Assembly (NCBI GenBank): GCA_963805855.1
Contig: CAWDVW010000007.1
Span: 527,972-591,971, forward strand
Direction of reading: 5' to 3'
Origin: Candidatus Dadabacteria bacterium
Lineage (GTDB): Bacteria; Desulfobacterota_D; UBA1144; Nemesobacterales; CSP1-2
Length of the DNA stretch: 64,000 bases
Below the pieces are notes generated by a model. The model worked only from the letters and a program-made list of their open reading frames with translations. It did no database searches and was not told where the DNA came from. Position numbers and translations under genes: made by a program. Positions 21,943 through 31,683 of the stretch are shown here, in pieces (positions within the stretch are counted from its first letter, which is position 1; each line of letters begins with the position of its first letter).

Positions 21943-23568
21943 ATGAAAAAAAGAGCCTTAGGTAATGACTCGACTAACTTTGTACGATTTGATGCGCCTG
22001 AAAACCTATCCACCCCAGATCGGACCGAAGATGCCTTACAGTCTCCCATGATCTCCAAATCCAGAAGAATGTTTGTCACCATGGGGCTAATGATCGGAAT
22101 GTTTCTAAGTGCACTTGAAGCTACGGCTGTTAGCACCGCAATGCCTACTGTTGTCTCAAGTCTGGGGGGCCTGAGCATCTACAGTTGGGTCTTTTCCGCC
22201 TACGTTCTGACCTCGACTATTTCGCTTCCCTTCTGGGGAAGACTGTCAGACCTTTATGGGAGGAAAAGGTTCTACATTATCGGCATTGCCATATTCCTTA
22301 TAGGATCTGCACTCTCGGGACAATCAAAGTCCATGAATGCTTTAATTTTATTTCGTGCACTTCAGGGATTCGGCGGCGGCGCGCTTTTGACCTTGGGAAT
22401 GATAATCGTCGGAGAAATGTTCTCACTAAAGGAAAGGGCAAGGGTGCAGGGTCTTTTCGGCGGTGTTTGGGGCCTCTCTAGCATTGTCGGACCAATTCTA
22501 GGAGGCGTTATTACAGATCAGTTTTCGTGGAGATGGGTTTTTTACCTTAATATTCCCTTCGGAGTCATCGCCGTATTGGTAATATGGTTTGCACTCAAAG
22601 AAAACACAGTTACTAACAGGAAAGTATTTCTTGATATTAAGGGAGCGACAGTATTAACTGCACTTGTCTCACTTTTTCTAATTGGTCTGACACAGATCGG
22701 CAAGGGGGACAGCTTACACTATCTGGTTGTAACTCTGATGCTGGTATCATGCATCCCTTTAATGTGGCTATTTATCAAAACACAGAAGCTTGCGAAAGAT
22801 CCAATCCTCCCACTCGAATTGTTTTCAAACCCATTTTTCAAGACCTCCGTCATTACCGGCTTCCTCGTGGGAATGGCAATGTTCGGGTCAATATCATTCA
22901 TACCTTTATTTATTCAAGGGGTAATTGGAACGAATGCTACGCAAGCGGGCACCATTCTTACGCCATTGTTACTGAGTTGGGTTTTTTTCTCAAGCATCTC
23001 CGGGAAATTAATGCTTCGATTTGGTTATCGACAGATCATTATAATTGGCACTGCTCTATTATCTATTGGATTTTTTCTTCTCAGCGGTATGAGTAAGGAT
23101 ACATCGCATAGTGGTACTATCGTAGTATTGCTTATCCTTGGGACAGGAATGGGTATGATCTTCATTCCTTTGCTCCTTGCCGTTCAAAATTCCGTTCCTA
23201 GATTTAGGCTCGGAATCGCTACCTCCGCAACTCAATTCTTCCGGTCCATGGGTGCTACAATCGGAGTAAGTGTAATGGGAATGGTCCTGAGTACCACCAT
23301 GCTATTTGGAACCGGCTCACTTTCAAAGTCATTTGAGGCCTCGGAATTGCACTATCTAAAGAATCCAGATTTGATTGTGAACCCCGAAGCAAGGAGTTCA
23401 TTATCCCCTGAAATCCATAATGCATTAACCCAGCTGTTAGCTAGCTCACTAAGAAATGTATTTTTAACCGGATTATTCATCGCAGTAGTTGCCTTTATTT
23501 CTGCATTCCTCATGCCTAAGGGAAGGTTCATAGACATGAGAGAAGAAGAAAAGAAATTGTTTAGTTAA
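21943..23568 (+). CDS. MFS transporter, DHA2 (14-TMS, EmrB-like) family
   Basis: GRLSDLYGRKRFYIIG (motif A), LQGFGGGAL, and about 14 hydrophobic segments. The ATG at 21943 with a GGAG RBS is preferred over TTG 21889. Confidence 0.85.
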   Translation: MKKRALGNDSTNFVRFDAPENLSTPDRTEDALQSPMISKSRRMFVTMGLMIGMFLSALEATAVSTAMPTVVSSLGGLSIYSWVFSAYVLTSTISLPFWGRLSDLYGRKRFYIIGIAIFLIGSALSGQSKSMNALILFRALQGFGGGALLTLGMIIVGEMFSLKERARVQGLFGGVWGLSSIVGPILGGVITDQFSWRWVFYLNIPFGVIAVLVIWFALKENTVTNRKVFLDIKGATVLTALVSLFLIGLTQIGKGDSLHYLVVTLMLVSCIPLMWLFIKTQKLAKDPILPLELFSNPFFKTSVITGFLVGMAMFGSISFIPLFIQGVIGTNATQAGTILTPLLLSWVFFSSISGKLMLRFGYRQIIIIGTALLSIGFFLLSGMSKDTSHSGTIVVLLILGTGMGMIFIPLLLAVQNSVPRFRLGIATSATQFFRSMGATIGVSVMGMVLSTTMLFGTGSLSKSFEASELHYLKNPDLIVNPEARSSLSPEIHNALTQLLASSLRNVFLTGLFIAVVAFISAFLMPKGRFIDMREEEKKLFS

Positions 23569-24003
23569 GAAGCCTTAATAATTGCTCAGACCGTCAATCG
23601 TCTAAAAAAAGAATTGTTATTATAGATTTGGTTTTATGATTGGAAGCGACCGAAAATGAAGAGAGATAATTGCCAGTCTACTATTTCTAATATCATTTGC
23701 TTGAGGCCGTTATAATAATAATGAGAGTGCAAAAGGGTTTAATCCGAATTTGGTTGAACATCCCCGTTGGCATTGAAAGCTTTAATTATATTGACCCGGC
23801 CTTGGAGAATCGTATGATCACTTGTGCCAAGCCGGGTAAAGATGCGCAACACTTATGGGTCAAGGAGATCCATCAAACATTCCCAGTGAATGACGATCCC
23901 TTAGGGGAATATAGACCAACCGACAATCATTCAATTCAAGAAGCATCTCAAAGCAAATCTCCTTGACAAGCAACAATTCCTTCGGATTTCTTTTAGTTAA
24001 TCA

Positions 24004-25533
24004 ATGATGAAAAAGGGAATAGTATATCTCATTGGTGCTGGTCCGGGAGATCCGGGACTACTAACGCTAAAGGGCAAGAAATTCTTGGCGCAGGCGGAAG
24101 TAATAGTATACGACCACCTGGTAAACCCAGAGCTGCTTATATTTGCTAGAGAAGGAGCGGAGATTATATATGTTGGAAAAAAAAGAGGCCATAAGGAGAT
24201 TCCACAAAAAGAAATAAACAGGCTGATCACCAACAAAGCACTGGAGGGAAAAATCGTTGCAAGGCTCAAAGGCGGAGACCCATTTATATTTGGAAGGGGG
24301 GGCGAGGAAGCGGTTGAACTTTCAAAGCACGGTATTCGGTTTGACGTAATTCCGGGTGTATCATCTCCCATAGGGGTGACGTCGTATGCCGGGATACCGC
24401 TTACACACAGAGATTATTCATCATCGTTTGCAGTGGTTACAGGCCATGAGGGCCCAAAAAAGGTAAAAACTTCGCTGCCTTGGGAAGCCCTGGCCAAGAT
24501 AGGCACACTGGTATTCCTTATGGGAGTTGAAAAACTGGAACAGAATATGAAAAAGCTAATCGAGATGGGGAAGTCACCTAAGACCCCAGTGGCCATTATA
24601 ACTTGGGGCACTCTCCCAAATCAATCAACGCTCACAGGAACTATAGGGAATATCGTTAGCTTATCAAAAGAAAAGAAAATATCTTCACCGTCGATCATCG
24701 CGGTCGGCGACGTGGTTAATTTAAGAGATAAGATAAATTGGTTTGAATCAAAGCCCCTCTTTGGTAAAACGGTTCTGGTGACTAGGGCCATAATCCAGGC
24801 AAAAATATTTGCCGAACTCCTAGAAGAGGAAGGAGCACAGGTAATTGAGTTTCCCACTATCGAAGTGGTACCTCTCAGGACTTGGACCAGAATCGATAAG
24901 GCCATTGAGAATTTAGACCGCTACAATTGGCTTATTTTTACGAGTGTAAACGGGGTAATCTTCTTTTTCCAAAGGCTCAGGCAAAAGCAAAGCGATGTAA
25001 GGGACCTCAAGGGTATAAGGATCGCAGCCATTGGAGAACAGACAAAAAATGAGATTAACAAGATGGGTATTAATGCGGATTTGATTCCTGAAGAGTACAG
25101 GGCTGAAGGTTTAATAAAGCTTTTTGAGAAAATCAATGTTAAGGGAAGTCGGGTTCTTATACCCAGGGCAAGGATAGCAAGAAAAATACTTCCAATGAAA
25201 CTCAGAAACATGGGTGCCAGTGTCGATGTATTTCCCGTCTACGAAACCAAGATGCCTGGAAAATTGAAAATAGATAAGGTTAGAAAGTTGCTGCGGAACG
25301 GTTTCATAGATGTTATAACATTTACAAGTTCATCGACTGTTAAAAACTTCTTTTCAATGATTGGAAGGGATAAAAAAATCATCTCGCGATCGACAATTGC
25401 ATGTATTGGACCAATAACAGCCGAAACGATAAGAAGTTATGGAATCGAACCTGAGATTATTTCAGGAACATACACGGTTCAAGGACTTACAAAAGAAATT
25501 GCATCTTATTTCACCGCCAGACAAACAAAGTAA
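24004..25533 (+). CDS. cobA-hemD: Bifunctional uroporphyrinogen-III C-methyltransferase / uroporphyrinogen-III synthase
   Basis: 509 aa. The N-terminal SUMT domain has VYLIGAGPGDPGLLTLKG and GGDPFIFGRGGEE. The C-terminal ~250 aa is HemD-like (VLVTR...NWLIFTSVNGV...ITFTSSSTV). Confidence 0.9.
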   Translation: MMKKGIVYLIGAGPGDPGLLTLKGKKFLAQAEVIVYDHLVNPELLIFAREGAEIIYVGKKRGHKEIPQKEINRLITNKALEGKIVARLKGGDPFIFGRGGEEAVELSKHGIRFDVIPGVSSPIGVTSYAGIPLTHRDYSSSFAVVTGHEGPKKVKTSLPWEALAKIGTLVFLMGVEKLEQNMKKLIEMGKSPKTPVAIITWGTLPNQSTLTGTIGNIVSLSKEKKISSPSIIAVGDVVNLRDKINWFESKPLFGKTVLVTRAIIQAKIFAELLEEEGAQVIEFPTIEVVPLRTWTRIDKAIENLDRYNWLIFTSVNGVIFFFQRLRQKQSDVRDLKGIRIAAIGEQTKNEINKMGINADLIPEEYRAEGLIKLFEKINVKGSRVLIPRARIARKILPMKLRNMGASVDVFPVYETKMPGKLKIDKVRKLLRNGFIDVITFTSSSTVKNFFSMIGRDKKIISRSTIACIGPITAETIRSYGIEPEIISGTYTVQGLTKEIASYFTARQTK

Positions 25534-25541
25534 AAATTAAA

Positions 25542-26265
25542 GTGGCTAGATTTCCGATCAGTAACAGGAATATATCCAATCGACAGGTAATCATTACGGG
25601 CTCCGATTATAGGCATATTGTCAAGGTGCTAAGATTAAAACCAGGCCACGAAGTAGTGCTCTTTGATGAAACATCCTTTGAACATGTCGGCAAGATAATT
25701 GAGATCAATAAAACGCAGATAAGGGTGGAGATACTCACCTCCACCAAGGTTAATGTCGAATCCAACACCGAAATAACCCTTTTACAGGGCATACCAAAAG
25801 CAAGTAAGATGGACTTTATCATTGAGAAGGCAACGGAGCTAGGAGTTGATTCTATAGTACCGGTTGTAACTGAGAGATCCCAAGTGAGAGAAACGAAGAA
25901 GGCTTTGAGATGGCAGAGAATTGCATTAGAAGCTTCGAAGACAATGTGGTAGGGTGAAGGCTCCTAAAATTCACGAGGTTATTGGGTTTGACGGCTGTGG
26001 AATCTACTGTCGTGATAGCGACTTAAGACTTATATGTTATGAGCATTCTAAAACTAAGTTAAGTGATTACATCAAGAACATATCACAACCTCCTAAGACT
26101 GTTACAATATTCATAGGCCCGGAAGGAGGTCTTTCGGAATTTGAGATAAAATTAGCCATGGAGTGGGGATTTTCACCTGTTGGTCTTGGTCCAAGAATAC
26201 TAAGGACTGAAACAGCCAGCGTTGTTGCCGTCGCTTTAATTCAACATATTCTGGGGGATATTTAA
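25542..26265 (+). pseudogene. rsmE: 16S rRNA (uracil1498-N3)-methyltransferase RsmE, interrupted by a 1-nt insertion near 25941
   Basis: ORF 25542..25952 ends ...RIALEASKTMW*. Skipping nt 25941 gives EASKQCGRVKAPKIHEV, the conserved RsmE junction, which continues into ORF 25954..26265 (FIGPEGGLSEFE...LGPRILRTETA). Confidence 0.85.
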
Positions 26266-26345
26266 TTAGCGAAGCCCCCTACCCTGCTGCAGGAAGTCTC
26301 GGATTCCATAAAATTTAACTTCGTTCAGTGATTCTCTGAACCAGT

Positions 26346-27803
26346 TTAATTAGTCTCTCTTTTTTCTCCGTACGCGACCTTTTTATATATTTCTTCATCC
26401 AACCCTCCCCCCTCAAATCTATCGTCGAGCTCCGCGATCTCCTGTATCAACAAGGCCTTTTCCTTTTCAATATCATTCAAGGTCTCCTTGCTTTCGTTTC
26501 TATCAAACCCCTTCCCTTTGAAAATAAATGCGTATAGTATCCCACCCCCGACAACAAGCAAAACCACGCCAACTGCCGCCCACTTGGCGATTGATTCACG
26601 ATCAAACGATTTATTAATAGTTACCACTATTGAGGAGCCAGATTTTAGATTGCTGCCAGTCCACTGAACAAACTTTTCATTTTGAATATCTACGACATCA
26701 CCTCCACTAAGACCCTCCACAGTCACCTTCTCATCCAAATCAGAAACAAGAAGTAAGAAACTATCAGTGGGATAATTCACCCTGTCTTCGATCACATTTT
26801 TCCCGGATTTAAATGGAATTGTATACGTGTAAACTACCCTGCTAACACCTGGCCAAATCGGAGACGTATCCGAAAATCCGGATTCGGTTTGAACAACGTT
26901 TTCACTCGTAATACCATGGATGAACTGAATATTGCTAGCATCACCGGGTAGATGAAACTTTAAGGTCTCCCTTTTACCATCAACCACCTCAGAACCGACG
27001 TATATCTTCTTATCTTTGTTTTCAAACATCAGTAATTCTGCAACCGAAATCGAGTCCGTAGCGACCTGTAAAATCATATGAGCTTGTTTTATTATTATTT
27101 CACTGTCGCTTTCGGTTGGTTCATATACGGGTAGCTCAGTAGTCTTCGTATCCTCATCCGGGTAAAAAACCAACTTATCCGTTACATATTCGGTGCCCCT
27201 ATAATTTAGGGTAATCGTATAGCTACGGTTCCAGGGTAAATCTCTGAATTCAAAAGCTCCATTTTTGTCTGTCATAAGTTTCTTTTCATCCGTAACACGA
27301 TCTCCTAACATTTCACGCAGGGTGAGTTCGATTCCACCCGTGAGCTCGTCACTAGTTTTGTTCGTGACACTACCCTTAATATCACCATAATCTTTTGTAG
27401 ATTGAACGGGCTTCTTAGAAAAAAGATAGTCTGCAATGACGTCAATGTGAGCTTGCGGAACCTGTAGCGGAGGCATCGGAGGATAGCCCTCGTTTATGGG
27501 CATTTTACCCTTTGCCTGGTACACCTGTTGAGGATTCTCTATCCATTGCTTTATTTCATCTTTACTATATTTGCTGCTGATCCCTGCCAGGTCTGGGCCC
27601 ACAAATGTACCCCTGCCAATTGTATGACAATTAACGCATCGATTTTGGATAAATAGATCCTTTCCAAGATCCGCTTTCTCGGCATCCACCTGAGCAAATA
27701 TATCCACTCCTAAAAAGACCGTAGACGACAGAAGCAAAAATGCGATCGTCGAGATAACAGACAAATTATTTATTCCTTTCAAATTAGGCACCTTAGCTGA
27801 CAT
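26346..27803 (-). CDS. Exported monoheme cytochrome c domain + beta-rich (carboxypeptidase-regulatory-like) domains + TM + CcmI-like cytoplasmic helix
   Basis: 485 aa with a signal peptide and CVNCH followed by PPMPP. It also has GSVTNK...KNGAFEFRDLP, a C-terminal TM helix and the tail EKALLIQEIAELDDRFEGGGLDEEIYKK. Last gene of the ccm cluster. Confidence 0.6.
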   Translation of the reverse strand: MSAKVPNLKGINNLSVISTIAFLLLSSTVFLGVDIFAQVDAEKADLGKDLFIQNRCVNCHTIGRGTFVGPDLAGISSKYSKDEIKQWIENPQQVYQAKGKMPINEGYPPMPPLQVPQAHIDVIADYLFSKKPVQSTKDYGDIKGSVTNKTSDELTGGIELTLREMLGDRVTDEKKLMTDKNGAFEFRDLPWNRSYTITLNYRGTEYVTDKLVFYPDEDTKTTELPVYEPTESDSEIIIKQAHMILQVATDSISVAELLMFENKDKKIYVGSEVVDGKRETLKFHLPGDASNIQFIHGITSENVVQTESGFSDTSPIWPGVSRVVYTYTIPFKSGKNVIEDRVNYPTDSFLLLVSDLDEKVTVEGLSGGDVVDIQNEKFVQWTGSNLKSGSSIVVTINKSFDRESIAKWAAVGVVLLVVGGGILYAFIFKGKGFDRNESKETLNDIEKEKALLIQEIAELDDRFEGGGLDEEIYKKVAYGEKRETN

Positions 27804-28320
27804 CTTTTAGGCCGATACCGCACCTTGAACAAAAAAGATCCCCTGCGCTGTATTGCCTCCCACAATTCATACATGTTAGATATTTATTTTTATCGTTGTT
27901 CTGTTTTCGGGCTTTCAAAATTTCCTCTTCGATTTCATTTTCTTCCGGTAACTTTGACTTCCTTATTGCCGTTATCTCTTTTTCTAATTCATCTTCTAAC
28001 TCCGTAGAATGTACACCTTTACCAATTTCATCTATCTCTTTAAGTACGGACACGGCTTTTGCTTTGTAATCTCGTTTAAGTTCGTCATAATCTTCTCTCG
28101 ATAGTTTTCCCAGTCCATAATCAAATTCTATATCATTTAACGCCGTGTAAAGTAATTCCTTCTCAGAGTTAAGCTTTTTCAACTCTTTTAGAGAAGGGTT
28201 TTCAACAGGATTAGATATCTGCTCAATTGGGTTTTCTACGTCGGCGTTTTTTTTGAAGAAAGGCAAGGTTATAAAGACTGCTGTAAGAATCACTATCGCC
28301 AACAAGATAATTATTTCCAA
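27793..28320 (-). CDS. CcmI N-terminal-like protein (TM + Y..L.D.E.D...G.L..E.Y helix) with a C-terminal zinc ribbon
   Basis: 175 aa. N-terminal TM helix, EKELLYTALNDIEFDYGLGKLSREDYDELKRDY, then CMNCGRQYSAGDLFCSRCG. Lies immediately downstream of ccmF. Confidence 0.55.
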   Translation of the reverse strand: MEIIILLAIVILTAVFITLPFFKKNADVENPIEQISNPVENPSLKELKKLNSEKELLYTALNDIEFDYGLGKLSREDYDELKRDYKAKAVSVLKEIDEIGKGVHSTELEDELEKEITAIRKSKLPEENEIEEEILKARKQNNDKNKYLTCMNCGRQYSAGDLFCSRCGIGLKDVS

Positions 28321-28386
28321 TTTGACATTCCTAGCTTTCTGGAACTATTCAATAATAAGGATTAAAATGGCAATGAGAGGAAATTT

Positions 28387-30387
28387 CTAAACTTCTGCCG
28401 TCATGTCCTTTGATCCTATGCTATATCTGGCAAGTACTTCCTGTTCCTTTTTGATGGGAGTAGGCCACATAATAACGATTGCCCCCAAAAGTAGAACCAC
28501 GCCGCCGGCCCAAATCCACGATATCATTGGATTTATTAAAACCCTGAAGCTAGCGCTACCATCTTGAAAATTTGAAAGTATTACATAGAGGTCATGTGTA
28601 AACGAAGAAAGAATTGCAACCTCAGTTTCTTGATTAATTTCACGATTTCCGGAGTAAATATACACATTCTTTTCTGGAACTATTTCTCCGACCTTTCTCT
28701 CGCCATTAAATACTGAGAGGCTAGCGGCTGTCACATGTTTCGCATCTGTCGTATACTGGTTGATATTTCCAAACCTCAAAGTGACATCACCAACACTCAT
28801 AGATTCCCCTGGCTTCAGTGTTGCCTCTTTTTGCTTAACAAAAACAGATGAGCCAGTCACACCGATCACTACCAAAACAACTCCGAGGTGGACTATGTAA
28901 CCACCGTATCTCCTGCGGTTCTTGGATACGAGTCTCCCGAAGGCTCGCAAATAATTTTCCCCTCTCCTAACCCGGACCTTCATCCCCCTGTAGTATTCTA
29001 CAAACACGGTTGCGGTCACATACGCGCACAGACCGAAGGAAATAAGAGCATAAATGTGTCTGATTCCGAAAACAAATAAGATTACAGATGTCAGAATTCC
29101 GGTTGCTACTGGAAACGTGAAATTCCTGATTAAATTATCCTTCGACGCCTTCCTCCAGGAAATTAGCGGACCAATTCCCATCAGAAGTATCAATACTAAG
29201 CCGATCGGAACGTTCACCTTATTAAAATACGGGGGACCGACAAGAATCTTGTTCCGCGTGACTAGTTCGGATATGAGTGGGAATATTGTTCCCAGAAATA
29301 CGGTAAAAGCAGCGCCCAGAAAAAGAAGGTTATTAAATATGAAAGCGCTCTCTCTAGATAAAATGGAGTCGAAATGATTATCGCTTTTAAGATCATCTAA
29401 TCTAAGAATAAACATGGCAAATGAGAAAATAAGTATGAAACCTATAAAACCTAAGAAATAGGGACCAATGTCTGACTGGGCAAACGAATGAACCGAGGAA
29501 AGTATCCCGCTTCTGGTAACAAAGGTGCCAAATATTGCCAGGAAAAACGTTAGTATTATCAGCGATAAATTCCACTTTTTTAGCATTCCTCTTTTTTCTT
29601 GAATCATTACCGAGTGAACAAACGCCGTTCCGACAAGCCATGGCATAAATGCGGCATTCTCCACGGGATCCCATGCCCAGTAACCACCCCAACCTAATTC
29701 CAAGTAAGCCCACCTTGCACCCAGCAACAAACCAAGGCTTAAGAATGTCCATGCAAGCAGTGCCCATTTTCTAGATTGTCTTATCCACTCGTCATCCAAC
29801 TTGCCGCTCAGAAGGGCGCCCATCCCAAATGCAAAGGGTACCGTGACTCCAACATAACCAAGGTATAAGGTTAGAGGATGAATGGCCATATAGCCATTCT
29901 GCAGAATCGGGTTTAGCCCCCGTCCCTCTTCAGCGACGAAGGGTAGCTTTTCGAAAGGACTCTCAACAAAGGCTACAAGAAATATGAAGAAGGCCGAAAC
30001 AGCAGCGAGTGTCGCGAGGACATATGGTGTGAACCTGCTTCGTCGCCTGTTCTGAAGCACTACAAGGGATGTATATATTGAGAGTATTAGGCACCATAGA
30101 AGCAGGGATCCAGCCTGGCCCGCCCACAATGCGGTTATCCTGTAAATGGTAGACAGATCGCTACTTGCGTTTAAGGCGACATATTTAAGGCTGAAATCTA
30201 GATTCAGGAGAGCATGTATCAACGAGACGGCTGCTATGATTAGAAGAAAACAGACTGCAAGTGACCCGTTCTCGGCACTTTTGATTAAATCGTTCCTTCT
30301 GGTTTTCGCTCCAACGACCGAAGCAAATATCGCGTACACGGAGAGTATAAAAGCTAAAAATATAGAAATGCTTCCAGTTTCGACCAT
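28387..30387 (-). CDS. ccmF: Cytochrome c-type biogenesis heme lyase CcmF
   Basis: 666 aa, polytopic. WWD domain WGGYWAWDPVENAAFMPWL. Confidence 0.93.
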   Translation of the reverse strand: MVETGSISIFLAFILSVYAIFASVVGAKTRRNDLIKSAENGSLAVCFLLIIAAVSLIHALLNLDFSLKYVALNASSDLSTIYRITALWAGQAGSLLLWCLILSIYTSLVVLQNRRRSRFTPYVLATLAAVSAFFIFLVAFVESPFEKLPFVAEEGRGLNPILQNGYMAIHPLTLYLGYVGVTVPFAFGMGALLSGKLDDEWIRQSRKWALLAWTFLSLGLLLGARWAYLELGWGGYWAWDPVENAAFMPWLVGTAFVHSVMIQEKRGMLKKWNLSLIILTFFLAIFGTFVTRSGILSSVHSFAQSDIGPYFLGFIGFILIFSFAMFILRLDDLKSDNHFDSILSRESAFIFNNLLFLGAAFTVFLGTIFPLISELVTRNKILVGPPYFNKVNVPIGLVLILLMGIGPLISWRKASKDNLIRNFTFPVATGILTSVILFVFGIRHIYALISFGLCAYVTATVFVEYYRGMKVRVRRGENYLRAFGRLVSKNRRRYGGYIVHLGVVLVVIGVTGSSVFVKQKEATLKPGESMSVGDVTLRFGNINQYTTDAKHVTAASLSVFNGERKVGEIVPEKNVYIYSGNREINQETEVAILSSFTHDLYVILSNFQDGSASFRVLINPMISWIWAGGVVLLLGAIVIMWPTPIKKEQEVLARYSIGSKDMTAEV

Positions 30388-30388
30388 T

Positions 30389-30805
30389 TTATATATTTTC
30401 AGACCTTTTTAAAGAATCTGTGGATTCGTACTTGGTGGGACATTTGGCCAACAACAAACTAGCCACAAATACGTTATCCGGCGTATATAGACCCTCAACG
30501 ACCGCTTCGATGTCATCTTTAAATATATCAGGAACTATTCCCTTATACTTTACATCCAATGTTTCTTCCCCGTCCGCAATCGTAAACTCTAGACTTCCAT
30601 CAATCTCATTCCTAATCGATCCGGGAACGACCTTTCCCGAGACCCTTACTTTTTGCTGATACACTGAAGGTACCTTATCCTTCAATTCCTGAACGGTAAG
30701 ATAGTAGATCATCGTATCATTGACACCACCGTAAACGAGGTATGCTATAGCAACTGCGATCACAACGATGGCTACTATGAATTTTGTCTTTCCTTTTAGC
30801 ATCAA
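30389..30805 (-). CDS. ccmE: Heme chaperone CcmE, Cys variant (CXXXY instead of HXXXY)
   Basis: 138 aa with an N-terminal anchor and an OB fold (VRVSGKVVPGSI). The heme-binding position reads LAKCPTKYE (codons at 30428-30442). Confidence 0.9.
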   Translation of the reverse strand: MMLKGKTKFIVAIVVIAVAIAYLVYGGVNDTMIYYLTVQELKDKVPSVYQQKVRVSGKVVPGSIRNEIDGSLEFTIADGEETLDVKYKGIVPDIFKDDIEAVVEGLYTPDNVFVASLLLAKCPTKYESTDSLKRSENI

Positions 30806-30832
30806 TTAACCGTCCTCACTGCAATAAATAAG

Positions 30833-30976
30833 CTACCGACCTCCTTCATTTGAATCGAGAGAAGACTCGATAGACTCTAACTGATTTTTCAAGTCATGGT
30901 TTTTTCTAATAAGATAATAAACATATAGTAAAAGTACAATCCAAAAAATTACTTGCGACCAGAAAAGATAAGACAT
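30833..30976 (-). CDS. ccmD: CcmD-like small membrane protein
   Basis: The 47-aa ORF is below the track cutoff: MSYLFWSQVIFWIVLLLYVYYLIRKNHDLKNQLESIESSLDSNEGGR. It has one TM helix and the conserved position between ccmC and ccmE. Confidence 0.6.
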   Translation of the reverse strand: MSYLFWSQVIFWIVLLLYVYYLIRKNHDLKNQLESIESSLDSNEGGR

Positions 30977-30981
30977 CTGCT

Positions 30982-31641
30982 TTACCTTGCCTCCATTAAT
31001 CTAAGCCTAAGGATATTATCTTTCATGATTTCTAGTTCTACTCTATGCTTAAGTATCAACAGGAACAAAAAAGTAAAAGCTACTAGTGTAACGAGCAATG
31101 CGACCATCATCTCCGGCGCAATACCACCGCCACCGGATCCAAATACAACCGGGGAGATTCCACGCATAACTCTCGCCGAAATGTAAACAAGCGGCAAGTC
31201 TAAAAACGCGATAATCCCAAAAACAGCGGCAAATTTTGCTTTCCTTATATCATTACCCGCAGATGAACGCAGTATCATATAAACAATGTAGAGAATCCAG
31301 AGAATAAATGTAGTAGTGAGTTGCGGATCCCAAGTCCACCAAGTCCCCCAGATGGGTTTTGCCCAAATACTACCCGATACTAGTGTAAGCGTAATAAAAA
31401 CCACACCTATTTCAGCGGCAGAGTAAGCCAGGATATCCCAGTTACGACTCTCTTTTCTCAGATACTGTATACTTGCAACAAATACGATTACAAATGAAAT
31501 AGTGGCGACCCAAACGGTTCCCATATGGAAATAAAAAATTTTTTGGATCGGTCCCATAACCTTCTCGGTCGGCGCGTAAATAAATGAAGCATAGAGCGAA
31601 CCAATCATTGATATAAAAGTCAGAGCTAAAAGAAGATTCAT
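30982..31641 (-). CDS. ccmC: Heme exporter/handling protein CcmC
   Basis: 219 aa with 6 TM helices. WWD motif [12 protein letters not shown]. Confidence 0.92.
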   Translation of the reverse strand: MNLLLALTFISMIGSLYASFIYAPTEKVMGPIQKIFYFHMGTVWVATISFVIVFVASIQYLRKESRNWDILAYSAAEIGVVFITLTLVSGSIWAKPIWGTWWTWDPQLTTTFILWILYIVYMILRSSAGNDIRKAKFAAVFGIIAFLDLPLVYISARVMRGISPVVFGSGGGGIAPEMMVALLVTLVAFTFLFLLILKHRVELEIMKDNILRLRLMEAR

Positions 31642-31683
31642 GATTAACCCGAGTAAAATCTATATTTATTCAATCTTTTCCTG

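Noticed and set aside
23569-24003. Possible cobalamin riboswitch, or the 89-aa ORF 23697..23966, upstream of cobA-hemD
   Set aside because: I see no B12-box-like core or conserved riboswitch elements. The ORF starts at TTG without an RBS and has no recognisable motifs. I left the region unannotated, and an Rfam scan would settle it.
26323-26341. GTTCAG-N7-CTGAAC hairpin between the convergent rsmE and ccm-tail genes, as a bidirectional terminator
   Set aside because: The stem is only 6 bp and there is no convincing U-tract on either strand. That is too weak to call.
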